From a virus (Duplodnaviria; Caudoviricetes): a DNA stretch of 64,000 nucleotides. Below the pieces are notes generated by a model. The model was not told the DNA's origin. It saw only the letters and a program-made list of their open reading frames with translations, and made no database searches. Numbering within the stretch: the stretch's first letter is position 1; the number at the start of each line of letters is the position of its first letter. Below, piece after piece: positions 8,911-19,544 of this stretch. Made by a program: the position numbers and the translations under genes. The stretch lies in the IMG/VR virus record IMGVR_UViG_3300031994_000057, positions 22,941 to 86,940 of that record; one strand, given 5' to 3'.

Positions 8911-9732
8911 ATGAAAGATATTGTTATTATAGGAACTATTCTTTTTGTTATTATTTTTGTGGTAGTTCTAGTTTTAGGTATTGTGAATAGAAAAAAAAGA
9001 AATAAAGCTCTAGAAGAAGCATCTAAAATAGTTAATAAGATAATGTACGATACTAAGAATGCTGTATTACCTATAATTATTGAATTTGCTTCTACTATTG
9101 TTATTGATGAATTCAGAGATGAAGGAGAGGATAATAGTAAAGTATATAATGATATAATTAATACCATTAGTGATTTTATATTTAATAAGTGTTCTAGTAA
9201 GTCTAGAGAATTAGCCGATAATTATAAAGACGATAAAATGATATTTAAATATCTCAATGAGTTATTAGATATAGATGTGATTAATGAGTTATCTCTTACT
9301 ATAAAAGATGATACTCAATTAGTAGATATATTTACAGATATCTATAATAATTGCTTTACTGAAGATATAGAGAGAATAGAAGCAGAAGACGAAGAATTAT
9401 CTAAAGAATTAGCTGAATATGAATCTGCTCCTCCTAAAGATGAGACGCAAGAACAGCATAATCAATCTATAGATGATTATATGGAAGCACATTTAGAAGA
9501 GAAGATTCAAGAACTTAATGATGTATATGATGAATTAGAGAAGACTATTCCTAACACTGTTCCTGTAAGAGATTTAAGTGCTTTAGCTCCTCTTATAGAT
9601 GATGAGGTCATTATACCTCCTACTGATGAAGAACCTGATACATTGGTCGATGATGGAACTTTTGAAGTAGTTGAATATCTAGATAATAATATTACTGATG
9701 ATACTCTAAATTCTACTGATTTAGGAGAATAA
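8911..9732 (+). CDS. membrane-anchored acidic protein
   Basis: N-terminal TM helix followed by a basic patch; acidic C-terminus. Confidence 0.65.
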   Translation: MKDIVIIGTILFVIIFVVVLVLGIVNRKKRNKALEEASKIVNKIMYDTKNAVLPIIIEFASTIVIDEFRDEGEDNSKVYNDIINTISDFIFNKCSSKSRELADNYKDDKMIFKYLNELLDIDVINELSLTIKDDTQLVDIFTDIYNNCFTEDIERIEAEDEELSKELAEYESAPPKDETQEQHNQSIDDYMEAHLEEKIQELNDVYDELEKTIPNTVPVRDLSALAPLIDDEVIIPPTDEEPDTLVDDGTFEVVEYLDNNITDDTLNSTDLGE

Positions 9733-9733
9733 A

Positions 9734-10882
9734 ATGAATATAATGAAGAAAAAGCCTGAAGAAAAGAAGGCTAAGACAACTACTAAATCCAAAAAAGAAT
9801 CTACAAAGAAAACTACAACAAAGAAAATTTCTACCAGAAAGAAAAAAGAGCCTGTTGTAGAAGAACCTATACAACCTTATCTTTCTATAGTTATTCCTTG
9901 TTATAATTGTAGAAATTATATAGAAAGATTACTAGATTCTATCGTAAATCAAACTAAGAAGATTCCTTTAGAAGTTATTATCCAGGATGATAATTCTACA
10001 GATAACTTTATGGAATTAGTAGAACCATATAAATCTAAATTGAATATCAAATATTTTAAGAATAAGCCTAGGGAAATACATTGTCCTGCTAATACTAGAT
10101 TAGATGGTATGAGTAATGCTACTGGAGAATGGATTACTTTTATTGATCATGATGATTTATTTGAATTAGATATGGTAAAAGAATTTACTCAAGCAGTAGA
10201 TGAACGAAAAGAAGAGTCTCTAGTAGTAACAGAATTCAGAGATTATAATCCTGAATTAGGTTCTTATGGAAAGACATACGATAGGACTAATATTACATGG
10301 TTACATGGTAAGTTTTACAATATGAAATTCTTAAAAGATAATAATATTACCTTTAAAGAGAACCTAGAAACTAATGAAGATTTATACTTCAATATGACAG
10401 TTTTTGCTGCTATTACAGCAGTAGAAAAAACATATACTATGGTTAAATCTTATACCTATAAATGGGTATATAACGAAGATTCTATAAGTAGAAGCATGTT
10501 TAAGCAGGATGAATTCTACATAGATAAATCATATAAAGATTATATAGATGCATCTATAGAACCATGGTGGGATATATTATATACTCATCCTGAATTAGAG
10601 TCATATATTTTTAAAAGAACGTGTTATGTAATGCTGTATGCATACTTCTATTATCAATCATTATATTTCCGTAGAGGATTTAAACACCATAGAGGAAACA
10701 GAGATATATTTGAAGATTTTGTAAATACTGTTAAATTGAGATTTGGTGTTAATACGGATACAATTGTATCTATAGTTTACTCTGATGAAGCTAGATATAA
10801 TGAGATAAGAAATGATTCTATGAATGGATGTAAATCGTTTATAGAGTCTGATAGTTTTTATAATTTTCTTGAGAAGTTCTAA
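9734..10882 (+). CDS. glycosyltransferase family 2
   Basis: SIVIPCYN, IIQDDNSTD, WITFIDHDD, EDLYFN motifs; K/T-rich N-terminal tail. Confidence 0.9.
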   Translation: MNIMKKKPEEKKAKTTTKSKKESTKKTTTKKISTRKKKEPVVEEPIQPYLSIVIPCYNCRNYIERLLDSIVNQTKKIPLEVIIQDDNSTDNFMELVEPYKSKLNIKYFKNKPREIHCPANTRLDGMSNATGEWITFIDHDDLFELDMVKEFTQAVDERKEESLVVTEFRDYNPELGSYGKTYDRTNITWLHGKFYNMKFLKDNNITFKENLETNEDLYFNMTVFAAITAVEKTYTMVKSYTYKWVYNEDSISRSMFKQDEFYIDKSYKDYIDASIEPWWDILYTHPELESYIFKRTCYVMLYAYFYYQSLYFRRGFKHHRGNRDIFEDFVNTVKLRFGVNTDTIVSIVYSDEARYNEIRNDSMNGCKSFIESDSFYNFLEKF

Positions 10883-10983
10883 GTAATTATAAGAAGTCAT
10901 AGAGGTTTATCCTCTATGACTTTATTTTGTAAAATAATATATATAGACCTACTTTAATATAATGATTGTAGGGAGAAGATTTT

Positions 10984-11718
10984 ATGAAAAATCGAAAACA
11001 GAAACAAAAAGAATATGAAGAAAAATATTCGATGATTCCTAACGATTATGGAGAACGTCTAGCTTGGATGGATGATAAATATAAACTAACAGATGGACTA
11101 CGGGATCAGATAATGGATAGAGCATTCAATATTATCAATAATCTCGAGTTTTATGATTTTTTAATTGTTCTATATATGGTTCCTGAGGGAACACCAAGAC
11201 ATAGATATAGATTAATTACACCAAAGAATTATATGACTGCAGCTGTTAGTTCACCATATGTTCATGTATATCAACCAAGAGCTGGTGATGACGCAAATTA
11301 TTTACATAGATTAGTTGATACTGAAGTTATACAACTTCAACAGTTTATACAAACACCTTTTGCTTGTAATATAAATGCATTCTTTCCAACTCCTAATAAT
11401 TATACTAGATCGGATGTATTTATAGCAGAGATGGGATTAGATTTTCATATAAAGAAACCTGATCCTGATAATATTGAAAAGAAATTTCTAGACATGTTTA
11501 ATGAGACTATTTGGTTAGATGATAATATGTGTTTCTCTGGCAGAGTAAACAAATTATATTCAATTAAACCTAGAGTAGAAATTCAAATTAGATATGCAAA
11601 TTGTGCTATGAATAAGTATCAATATAATCATATAGTAAGTAGAGTAGGATATCGAGAGGATGAGCCAATTACATACTTAGATAAAAACGGTATAATGTGG
11701 AGAGGAGATAGTGTTTAA
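10984..11718 (+). CDS. rusA: RusA-like Holliday junction resolvase
   Basis: KPDPDNIEK...D...IWLDD...KLYSIKPRVEIQI pattern. Confidence 0.75.
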   Translation: MKNRKQKQKEYEEKYSMIPNDYGERLAWMDDKYKLTDGLRDQIMDRAFNIINNLEFYDFLIVLYMVPEGTPRHRYRLITPKNYMTAAVSSPYVHVYQPRAGDDANYLHRLVDTEVIQLQQFIQTPFACNINAFFPTPNNYTRSDVFIAEMGLDFHIKKPDPDNIEKKFLDMFNETIWLDDNMCFSGRVNKLYSIKPRVEIQIRYANCAMNKYQYNHIVSRVGYREDEPITYLDKNGIMWRGDSV

Positions 11719-11723
11719 AAACA

Positions 11724-12143
11724 ATGGAAAACAAGATTACTGTATATGATGTGCAGAAAGTTATGCTTACAGCATTTCAAGATCCGAATATTGTAGCTTC
11801 TTTTATGGAGATGCTTTATGATTACTTTAATAGTACTGCAGGTATTGCAAAGACATCTCTACAAGATCAGGCTATTACAACAAAATACATAGATATAGTT
11901 ACAAAGAAGAAGGTTGATTCATTAAAAACTATATCAAATATTAAAGATTTATATGCTAGCTTTGTCATTAATGTAATTAATACAAAATCATTAGAGTTTT
12001 ACCTAGGTAAAAATAATCCAGAGTATACTAAGATTAAGTGTAGTAGAGAACCAGATATTCATTACTGCGCTGCTGGAGCTGTTTCTGTATTAGATTTATC
12101 CAATGAAACTGATTCTATCTTTAGAATATATCTAATTAATTAA
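11724..12143 (+). CDS. hypothetical protein
   Basis: ORF track. Confidence 0.65.
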   Translation: MENKITVYDVQKVMLTAFQDPNIVASFMEMLYDYFNSTAGIAKTSLQDQAITTKYIDIVTKKKVDSLKTISNIKDLYASFVINVINTKSLEFYLGKNNPEYTKIKCSREPDIHYCAAGAVSVLDLSNETDSIFRIYLIN

Positions 12144-12205
12144 AAATTAATATTATACTAACAAATTAATAGTAGTATTAATATAATATATGGAGGTTAA
12201 ATATA

Positions 12206-12991
12206 ATGGCATTAGGAGATATTAGAAACAATAATAGTGGAACTAAGAGTAATAAGATGTATGAGTCTACATATTATTCTCGTATGCAGTTTAAGGGTCA
12301 GGATAAAATCAGACTTGGTTTCTCTTTTAAGAGTGGTATGCTTATAATTGATATGTCTGAAGAGAAGGACGGATTCCAGTTTGAGACATTGACATCTTGT
12401 TACTTAACTCCTACTAAGGCTTTATTGTTCTACAATCAGATTCAGAAGTTCAATGAAGATGTAGCTGCTGGTAAGTATAAGACAGATGCAGCATATGGTG
12501 TTAATACAGGTCTTGGAGAGATATCTACAGTTATTATGATTCATCTCTTAGGAAAAGATCCTGCTATTACTATTGCCAAGGTTAATGATTCAGGACAGTA
12601 TGTATCTAAGTATACATATAAGTTTAATAAGGGATATCATTATGGAATTACATTAAAGAACTATGAAGACATGGGATCATATGAGAAAGAGTTCTATGAT
12701 GATATTGAGTTTACGCAGTTACAGCAGACAATTAAGACATTTGCCGATAACATGAATGGCGCTGTTGCATATTCTGTACTTGATTTAGCAAGATATGATT
12801 ACAGAGCTGTAATGAATAAGATGAATCCTATCTATGATAAGTTAGGAATTGAGAGACAGGGTAATGGTGGAAGTTATTCTAAGTCTGACAACAATTTCTT
12901 TAATGGTAGCGGTTCATTTAATAAGGGTGGTACATCAAACAGTACATCTTTAGATGATGTAATGAATGATTTACCTATGGAAGAGGACTAA
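12206..12991 (+). CDS. conserved protein, possibly ssDNA-binding
   Basis: G/N/S-rich linker and acidic tip (DDLPMEED) as in SSBs; GGAGG RBS. Confidence 0.4.
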   Translation: MALGDIRNNNSGTKSNKMYESTYYSRMQFKGQDKIRLGFSFKSGMLIIDMSEEKDGFQFETLTSCYLTPTKALLFYNQIQKFNEDVAAGKYKTDAAYGVNTGLGEISTVIMIHLLGKDPAITIAKVNDSGQYVSKYTYKFNKGYHYGITLKNYEDMGSYEKEFYDDIEFTQLQQTIKTFADNMNGAVAYSVLDLARYDYRAVMNKMNPIYDKLGIERQGNGGSYSKSDNNFFNGSGSFNKGGTSNSTSLDDVMNDLPMEED

Positions 12992-12995
12992 ATAA

Positions 12996-13709
12996 ATGGC
13001 GGATTCCAAAGAGATTACCAAATTGAGTTTTTCGGAAATAAATACTCGAGGAATTCTAAATCCATTAGTTTCATTTGATTGTTTGATTGATATAGATTTT
13101 GGGCTATTAGTTTTAATAGCCCAAAATTTTTTCGATACTAGTGTCTTTTCAGCAGAGTTCTTCAAGGATAACGACAATATCGAAAATATGAAGTGGACAA
13201 TATATGATAGACCACAAAAGAATCCTTTGACACTCTGCTTGAAGGACGTTAGTCTAGCAGATGATTACTATAACCAGTTTATGGATCAGTATTATGCTGA
13301 TATATTAGATAGGTCAATGATTACAGATTTAGCTAATCTATTACCTAATCTAGCAACTTCAGGTGCTACATTTAGTATTTTATGTAATAATAAATTAGAG
13401 TACGAATTATTGGATAAAATTCCTATACTAAAAGATTATACTAGAGTATTATTAAGTGATATAGTAGAACCTGATAAATATCATCAATTCTTTATTAAAG
13501 ATTTTGATGATAAAGGTATGCATAAATATGCTCACCTATTAAGAGATAAGAATATTTATATAGCAAGATATAAATTTAATGTAATTGAAGATATGGATAA
13601 GATTGATGAGAGATTCAAGACTTATGCTATATTAGATAATATGAGATGTAATATCACAAAATTTGATTTATATTCTAGAAGAAAGGAAGATAATTCTACA
13701 AATGAATGA
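12996..13709 (+). CDS. hypothetical protein (possible HAD-like N-terminus)
   Basis: LVSFDCLIDID motif; weak. Confidence 0.55.
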   Translation: MADSKEITKLSFSEINTRGILNPLVSFDCLIDIDFGLLVLIAQNFFDTSVFSAEFFKDNDNIENMKWTIYDRPQKNPLTLCLKDVSLADDYYNQFMDQYYADILDRSMITDLANLLPNLATSGATFSILCNNKLEYELLDKIPILKDYTRVLLSDIVEPDKYHQFFIKDFDDKGMHKYAHLLRDKNIYIARYKFNVIEDMDKIDERFKTYAILDNMRCNITKFDLYSRRKEDNSTNE

Positions 13710-15552
13710 TATTAAAGATATAAAGAAGAACTTGGACACTGCATTAGCAACAGAGTTTCATTCTACTAAAGAAGAAAAGAAGGTTGAATTAGGTTGCTCT
13801 AAACAGTGTATGAACAATGTAGTTACAGAAGATAAGTTAAAAGAAGTTCAGGAGAATACACTTGCTGCACTTAGAGAGTTTCTCTCTAAGACTTATGGCC
13901 CTATGGGATCATATACAGCTATTATAAAGGGCGATTCTATTAGAACTATCACTTCAGACTATTCTAAAGATGGTTTAAAGGTATTAAAGAATATTATCTT
14001 TGATTTACCCTTAGAGATGTCTATGCAGGCAGAATTGTGTGATATCTGTCAGTATGTAGTTAAACAGGTAGGTGATGGTACAACATCAGCTGTTATCTTA
14101 TCATCATTGATTTATTCAGAGATGCTTAAGATTAAAGATAGCAATAATATCCCTCCTAGAAAACTTGTTAAGACTTTCCAGGATGTAGTTAAGAAATGCC
14201 AGGAGATTATTGATTCTAAAAAGAGAGATATTACTTTAGATGATATTTATAAGATTTGTATGATATCCACTAATGGTAATGAGACTATATCTGAGCAGAT
14301 TACATCTGTTTATAGAGATTATGGATTCAATGTAAATGTAGATGTGACTATATCTAATGATGCTGATACTAAGATTAGAATTTATGATGGTATGACAATC
14401 AATGCTGGTTATTCAGACCCTGCATATATTAATAATGTAACTGCAAGTGGTGCTGGTACAGCTGATATTCATAATCCTCATATTTATGCATTTCCTGACC
14501 CTATAGATACTCCTGAAATGATTACATATTTCGAGAAGATTATCTATGATAATATTATTACTCCTTATAAAGAGAGAGATGAGATGACACCTACCGTTAT
14601 CATAACTCCTATGATTAGTAGAGACGGAAGTGGTGTCTTAACTCAGTTAGTTCAGATTATGTATGAGTATACCAGAAATAATATGAACAATCAGAAGCCT
14701 CCTATCTTGATTATCTCAGATATACATGGTACTGATGAAGCTATTGCTTTGGATATTGAGAATCTCTGTGGATGTAAGGCAATTAAGAAGTATATTAATC
14801 CCGATATCCAGAAGCATGACCAGGAGACAGGAGAAGCTCCTACATTAGAGACTATTCATAATTTTGCTGGTACAGCAGAATTAGTTGTTGCTGACAATAA
14901 TAAGACAAAGTTCATCAATCCTAAAGCACTTATGGATGAGAATGATACTTCTTATGAAGCATTAAAGAACTTCCTTAGTGCTGAGATTAAGAAGGCTACA
15001 GAGAACAATGATGATATCTTAACAATCGGAAGATTAAAGAAGAGATTGAATTGTCTTGAAGCTAATATGATTGAATTCATGGTAGGCGGTATTTCTGTAT
15101 CAGATAGAGATTCACTTAGAGACCTAGTTGAAGATGCTGTATTGAACTGTGCATCTGCAGCCGAGAATGGAGTTGGCAGAGCTGCAAATTTCGAAGGATT
15201 ATCAGCTATTTATAAATTATACACAGAAGATGCTGAGTTTACTGATATTGAAAAGCAGATTATTATTGCTATTCTTAAGGCATACTATAAAGCAGCATAT
15301 ATTCTCTATGGTTCTGTAATTGAAGGGGACAAGATTGATGATATTATAGCACGTTCTATTGCTAATGATATGCCTTTCAATGTAATCGACTTATTCAATG
15401 CTACTGACTTGGAAGAGGTTAAAGCTGGTGATGATGTACTCTGTTCTATTAAGACAGATTCTGTTATCTTAGATGCTATTTCTAAGATTATAACTATGAT
15501 GGTTACATCAAATCAGTGCTTATTACAGTCTACAACTATAAATACATATTAA
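13702..15552 (+). CDS. groEL: phage chaperonin (GroEL/thermosome-like)
   Basis: KTYGPMG, SKDGLKVL, VGDGTTSAVIL, DLVEDAV...NGVGR motifs. Confidence 0.9.
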   Translation: MNDIKDIKKNLDTALATEFHSTKEEKKVELGCSKQCMNNVVTEDKLKEVQENTLAALREFLSKTYGPMGSYTAIIKGDSIRTITSDYSKDGLKVLKNIIFDLPLEMSMQAELCDICQYVVKQVGDGTTSAVILSSLIYSEMLKIKDSNNIPPRKLVKTFQDVVKKCQEIIDSKKRDITLDDIYKICMISTNGNETISEQITSVYRDYGFNVNVDVTISNDADTKIRIYDGMTINAGYSDPAYINNVTASGAGTADIHNPHIYAFPDPIDTPEMITYFEKIIYDNIITPYKERDEMTPTVIITPMISRDGSGVLTQLVQIMYEYTRNNMNNQKPPILIISDIHGTDEAIALDIENLCGCKAIKKYINPDIQKHDQETGEAPTLETIHNFAGTAELVVADNNKTKFINPKALMDENDTSYEALKNFLSAEIKKATENNDDILTIGRLKKRLNCLEANMIEFMVGGISVSDRDSLRDLVEDAVLNCASAAENGVGRAANFEGLSAIYKLYTEDAEFTDIEKQIIIAILKAYYKAAYILYGSVIEGDKIDDIIARSIANDMPFNVIDLFNATDLEEVKAGDDVLCSIKTDSVILDAISKIITMMVTSNQCLLQSTTINTY

Positions 15553-15628
15553 TTATACCTACAATATAATAACAGGGCTTAATTCAGATAGCCCTGTTAT
15601 TATAAACTGTTTAGGAGGAAACTGTAAT

Positions 15629-16414
15629 ATGACATTAGAAGATTATATTTCTAATCCTATGGGTAAGAATAATGCTACCTTTACACCTCTTGTAAGAGAA
15701 GCTATAAAGAATAACTATAAAGCTAAGTTTGATAACGTAATGCTTCGTGAAAAAGGTAAAATGGGATATTATCTTTATAGAGATAGAGATAATAATATTT
15801 ATTATGCCCATCTCAAAGTACCTTCAGAAGTTATAGAGAATTTCTACTATGATGTAGTATTTAAGTTTTATACATCATCCGATAATGATACAGCTGGTGG
15901 AACTAATTTAAAGAAATTTGATATACAGTTCTTTTCTAATGACCCTGCATTTGTATATAATCATGCCCATACTTTTATGGAAAAAGGATTATTTTTAAAT
16001 GAATTAGAGTTTAAAATGTCTAAGGAAGCTATACAGAAGAAAGCTGTGGTCAAGAATCCTAATGATTCTGTAGGTTATGTAAAGTCATTATACTTTGCAT
16101 ATCTTTATATGGAAGAACGTGGGTTATATAAAACTATATCTTATATTTCGGCAGAGAAGTTTAATCTAATGAATATGGCATCTCAGATAATGGGAGCCGA
16201 TTTAAAGATTGCTTTAAGAGAAGAAGAAGAGAAGAAACGAGACAAGAAGAAGAAACTTGTAGTTGATAAAGACTTAGCTAAGAAATTAGGTAAGTATAAT
16301 TTATCAGATAAGGCAAAAAGTAGATTGGTTACAACCACAGGTAAGACTTCTACTATTAAGAAGACTTCTGCAATTAACTCCACTAAAACAACAAAACGAG
16401 TTGGTAAAAAATAA
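15629..16414 (+). CDS. conserved jumbo-phage protein with basic C-terminal tail
   Basis: ORF track; AGGAGG RBS. Confidence 0.7.
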   Translation: MTLEDYISNPMGKNNATFTPLVREAIKNNYKAKFDNVMLREKGKMGYYLYRDRDNNIYYAHLKVPSEVIENFYYDVVFKFYTSSDNDTAGGTNLKKFDIQFFSNDPAFVYNHAHTFMEKGLFLNELEFKMSKEAIQKKAVVKNPNDSVGYVKSLYFAYLYMEERGLYKTISYISAEKFNLMNMASQIMGADLKIALREEEEKKRDKKKKLVVDKDLAKKLGKYNLSDKAKSRLVTTTGKTSTIKKTSAINSTKTTKRVGKK

Positions 16415-16562
16415 TATAATAATATATTATATAATTGAAGTGGATTAAGAAAATCTACTTTAAAAAGGAGATTCGTAATGCAAACAATTATTTTTTCTAA
16501 CCCGAGTCAATAGCAAATCAATAATATAAGGGAAATTGAATATTGACAAGGGGGTTTATGTG

Positions 16563-17468
16563 ATGGAAATAATACAACCATTTATTACAACAATACCCAA
16601 AGTGGATACTTGGGTTTGTCAACCAGAAGATGTGATATTCTCATCTTCGAAGAATATTATTATTGCTCCTATAAGTGCTAGCTTGAATATATCTTCAGAT
16701 AATCTGGATTATTTTGTAATTAGACCTAAGAAGTGTTATAATAGCCAGGACTTAAGAGACCATCTTTGCCAAGTATTGAATTACTTTGAGAAGTATTTTG
16801 ATACTGATAAGGAATTATTTGTTTATCTAGCAAGAATCAAGTTCATGATAGATAATGTAGAAGGATACGATTACGCAAACTTCATGCATGATATGAGGAC
16901 ATATGTTCTAGGGGAATCTATCAAGAGAAAAGTTGTATTGATGACAGAATATAACTATAAACTTGATTTGACTTACAAGAATATTTCGGAATCATTACAA
17001 TATACTAATGACCATGCTAAGATGCTTTTAGAGATTAGTATATTGATGGATTGTGCTATACCTCTGACAATCCACTTTGCTCATGTGAATAGAATTACTG
17101 AGATAGATGATTTTATCTTGGATGTATATGATATCATATTGCAGAGATTTCCTGCTGCTGATATCTTCTCTAAGTTATATACTACATCTTATAGTAACGT
17201 GTCTAAATCAGAATATAAGAATGCAATTCTATGGGCAAAACAAGATGTAAGAGGTAAAGATGTAGCAACTCATTCATTGGAGTCTGTAAACAATATCATA
17301 TTAAATATTATGCCTAAGTATGCATTTGATAAGAATATAGTCGCATTAAACTATACTTCTGTAATCAAGAATACAAAGTGTCAGATAACAGATATTGAAT
17401 ATGAATATAGTTTCGTGCCATTATCTTCTAGTAAGAGAGATGGTGAAGATGCCACATCTGAATTCGAT
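16563..17468 (+). CDS. exon 1 of a ~500-aa protein, probable sigma-like subunit of the non-virion RNA polymerase
   Basis: Ends TTC GAT at the intron 5' splice site; joins exon 2 in frame (EFD|KYE); lies two genes after the chaperonin, as AR9 gp226 does relative to gp228 (function is inference). Confidence 0.55.
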
Positions 17469-18350
17469 TGACTTATACGAGTCGAATTAAAACTCCTTTA
17501 ACTGCTGGGAACTCTCTAGTAGACAATCAGCAGCCAAGACCCAATCATCAATTTTGTGGAGGGAATTATGATATTACCTACAGAAATTGATTGTATTTAT
17601 AATGAATTTTGGATTTCATTAAACGAAGAAGTAGTGCAGAATATTGAAGATATTTATCTTATAAGTAATTATGGAAGATTATATAATAAAGAAACAAATC
17701 ATTATCTTCCGCAAAATATGAATTATGATAAAGATAAATATATAACAATACGTTTGAGATTAAAAGATCAATCCCATGTATGTAGACAAGTTCATAGACT
17801 AGTATTAGAAAGTTTTGTTCCTATAATTAATTCAGATATGTTTGATGTCAATCATAAAGATGGCATTAAATATCATAATTGGGTATGGAATTTAGAATGG
17901 ACAACACATGATGAAAATATGAAGCATGCTTCGAGAAATAAATTATTTCATTATTGTGAGAATCACCAAAATTCAAAATTGTCTAATGATGAAGTAAGTA
18001 AAATTTGTGAATTAATTATAGAAGGAAAAACACCTGCAGAAATTTCAGATATTATTAATCGACCAGATTGTAATATAAGAAAAATTGTAACTAATATTAA
18101 AGGTGGACATAGTTGGTTAGATATATCACGAAAGTATGGAATCATTGATGATTGAGTAAGGTTCAACGACTATCGAAAGCATAGTATAGAAGAAATATCT
18201 ATATGAAGAAGCGAGTAGAGTAGGGCCTATTTATATAATAGGTGGGTGAGAATCCCTTAAATCGAAATGGGGAGCATTTTAAATATGGTAACAGTATTTA
18301 AGATGAAGATATAGTCTGATCTATATGGCGACATATAGCTAACATAAATG
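17469..18350 (+). ncRNA. group I intron with internal homing endonuclease (882 nt)
   Basis: P1 TTCGAT/GTCGAA with U.G at the splice site; P AACTGCTGGGAA; Q AATCAGCAGCC; R GTTCAACGACTA; S AAGATATAGTCTG; P9 CTATATG-GCGA-CATATAG; terminal G at 18350 restores the frame. Confidence 0.92.
17568..18155 (+). CDS. NUMOD4-HNH homing endonuclease (I-HmuI-like)
   Basis: YLISNYGR (NUMOD4), VHRLVLESF...VNHKDGIK.HN...NLEWTTHDENMKH (HNH); GGAGG RBS inside the intron. Confidence 0.9.
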   Translation: MILPTEIDCIYNEFWISLNEEVVQNIEDIYLISNYGRLYNKETNHYLPQNMNYDKDKYITIRLRLKDQSHVCRQVHRLVLESFVPIINSDMFDVNHKDGIKYHNWVWNLEWTTHDENMKHASRNKLFHYCENHQNSKLSNDEVSKICELIIEGKTPAEISDIINRPDCNIRKIVTNIKGGHSWLDISRKYGIIDD

Positions 18351-18944
18351 AAGTATGAAGCAGGTCTTATAAGAACTAATGAATCTTTGTATATTCAGAA
18401 TAAGGTAAATTCTATAGAGACTATGAAGATTATTGAATCTCAATATGGTCCTTTTGATGAGAAGGAAATAGAATTCTATAGAGAGAACTTAAAGAATGAC
18501 TCTGGTTCATTTGTAAATAACTTCCAGAAGCAGTTGATATTTAATATGTTTTATAAGTACTTTGGTGATGTAGAATCTGTATATTCTATTGAACCTGCAA
18601 CAGATTATATTAAATTGATGCTAGCTGCGAAGAAAATACTATTGGATAATTATATGATAATTATGCCATATGTAATAAGCGGTAAAGCTATAAGAATTGT
18701 TCCTAGAAAGACAATTAATAAGAAAGAAGAAAAGGATTTAAAGTCTAGTCAGTATTATCCAATGCTTATAGATAAGTATCGTAACGAAAAGGTATTACAG
18801 CAGATATTATCTACATTTGCTACGGTTATAAGTAGTTCCTTCCAGGTTATTGATTATCATAATCCTGAATTACATGGTAAGACTATTGATTGTATTGCTC
18901 CGATAGTTTTGGAAGAACTACAACTTATGTGTCTCTTGTACTAA
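18351..18944 (+). CDS. exon 2 of the intron-split gene
   Basis: The apparent ATG (18348-50) is the intron end; no RBS. Confidence 0.75.
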   Translation, partial: KYEAGLIRTNESLYIQNKVNSIETMKIIESQYGPFDEKEIEFYRENLKNDSGSFVNNFQKQLIFNMFYKYFGDVESVYSIEPATDYIKLMLAAKKILLDNYMIIMPYVISGKAIRIVPRKTINKKEEKDLKSSQYYPMLIDKYRNEKVLQQILSTFATVISSSFQVIDYHNPELHGKTIDCIAPIVLEELQLMCLLY

Positions 18945-19012
18945 TTGTTTGGTAGTAATTTTAATTATATTTATATATGAGGTAGGGTATAATTACCCTA
19001 CCTCTTTATGTT

Positions 19013-19447
19013 TTGTTTATTATAAGGAGGTGTATTGTGAAAGAAATCATCAGTCCGTTCTCATTTTTAACTGACGAAGAGTCAGCTATAGAAATCAAAA
19101 AGATTGAAAAAGAGAAGGAGGAAATCAGAAGACGTCACGGTAATGAAAGAAAAGGGGATTTGGTTATTCCTAGTACTGCTCCTAGAAGCAGAAAACCTAT
19201 TAAACAGAGTAATCCATTCCTGAATATGTGTAAGAAGACATTTGAATTCATAAGGGATAATCTAGATGTGAATGTCAATGTAGAAGGTGGTTTAAGTTCT
19301 ATTGATCCTGTTGGTGTTATTCAAGATCCATTGGATAAACTTAAACCAAGAATTAAGACACAGATAAGTGCAGGACCAATTAATATAGAAGTTGATTCTG
19401 ATACTGTAATGAAAAATTTGAAACGAGGAGGAGTAATAACTCACTGA
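19013..19447 (+). CDS. hypothetical protein (likely start GTG ~19037)
   Basis: ORF track; AAGGAGG RBS. Confidence 0.6.
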   Translation: MFIIRRCIVKEIISPFSFLTDEESAIEIKKIEKEKEEIRRRHGNERKGDLVIPSTAPRSRKPIKQSNPFLNMCKKTFEFIRDNLDVNVNVEGGLSSIDPVGVIQDPLDKLKPRIKTQISAGPINIEVDSDTVMKNLKRGGVITH

Positions 19448-19544
19448 CTAACGAGGGGTATGTAGAAATACATGCCCCTTAAATTTTTGATATTTATTAA
19501 GGCATTCACTTATCTATAAGAATACTCTAGGAGGGTTGTGATAA

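Noticed and set aside
7363-17471. Stop-codon reassignment as the cause of the split terL and 16.5-kb genes
   Set aside because: Further stops follow immediately, both gaps contain intron cores, and TAG/TGA end other genes normally
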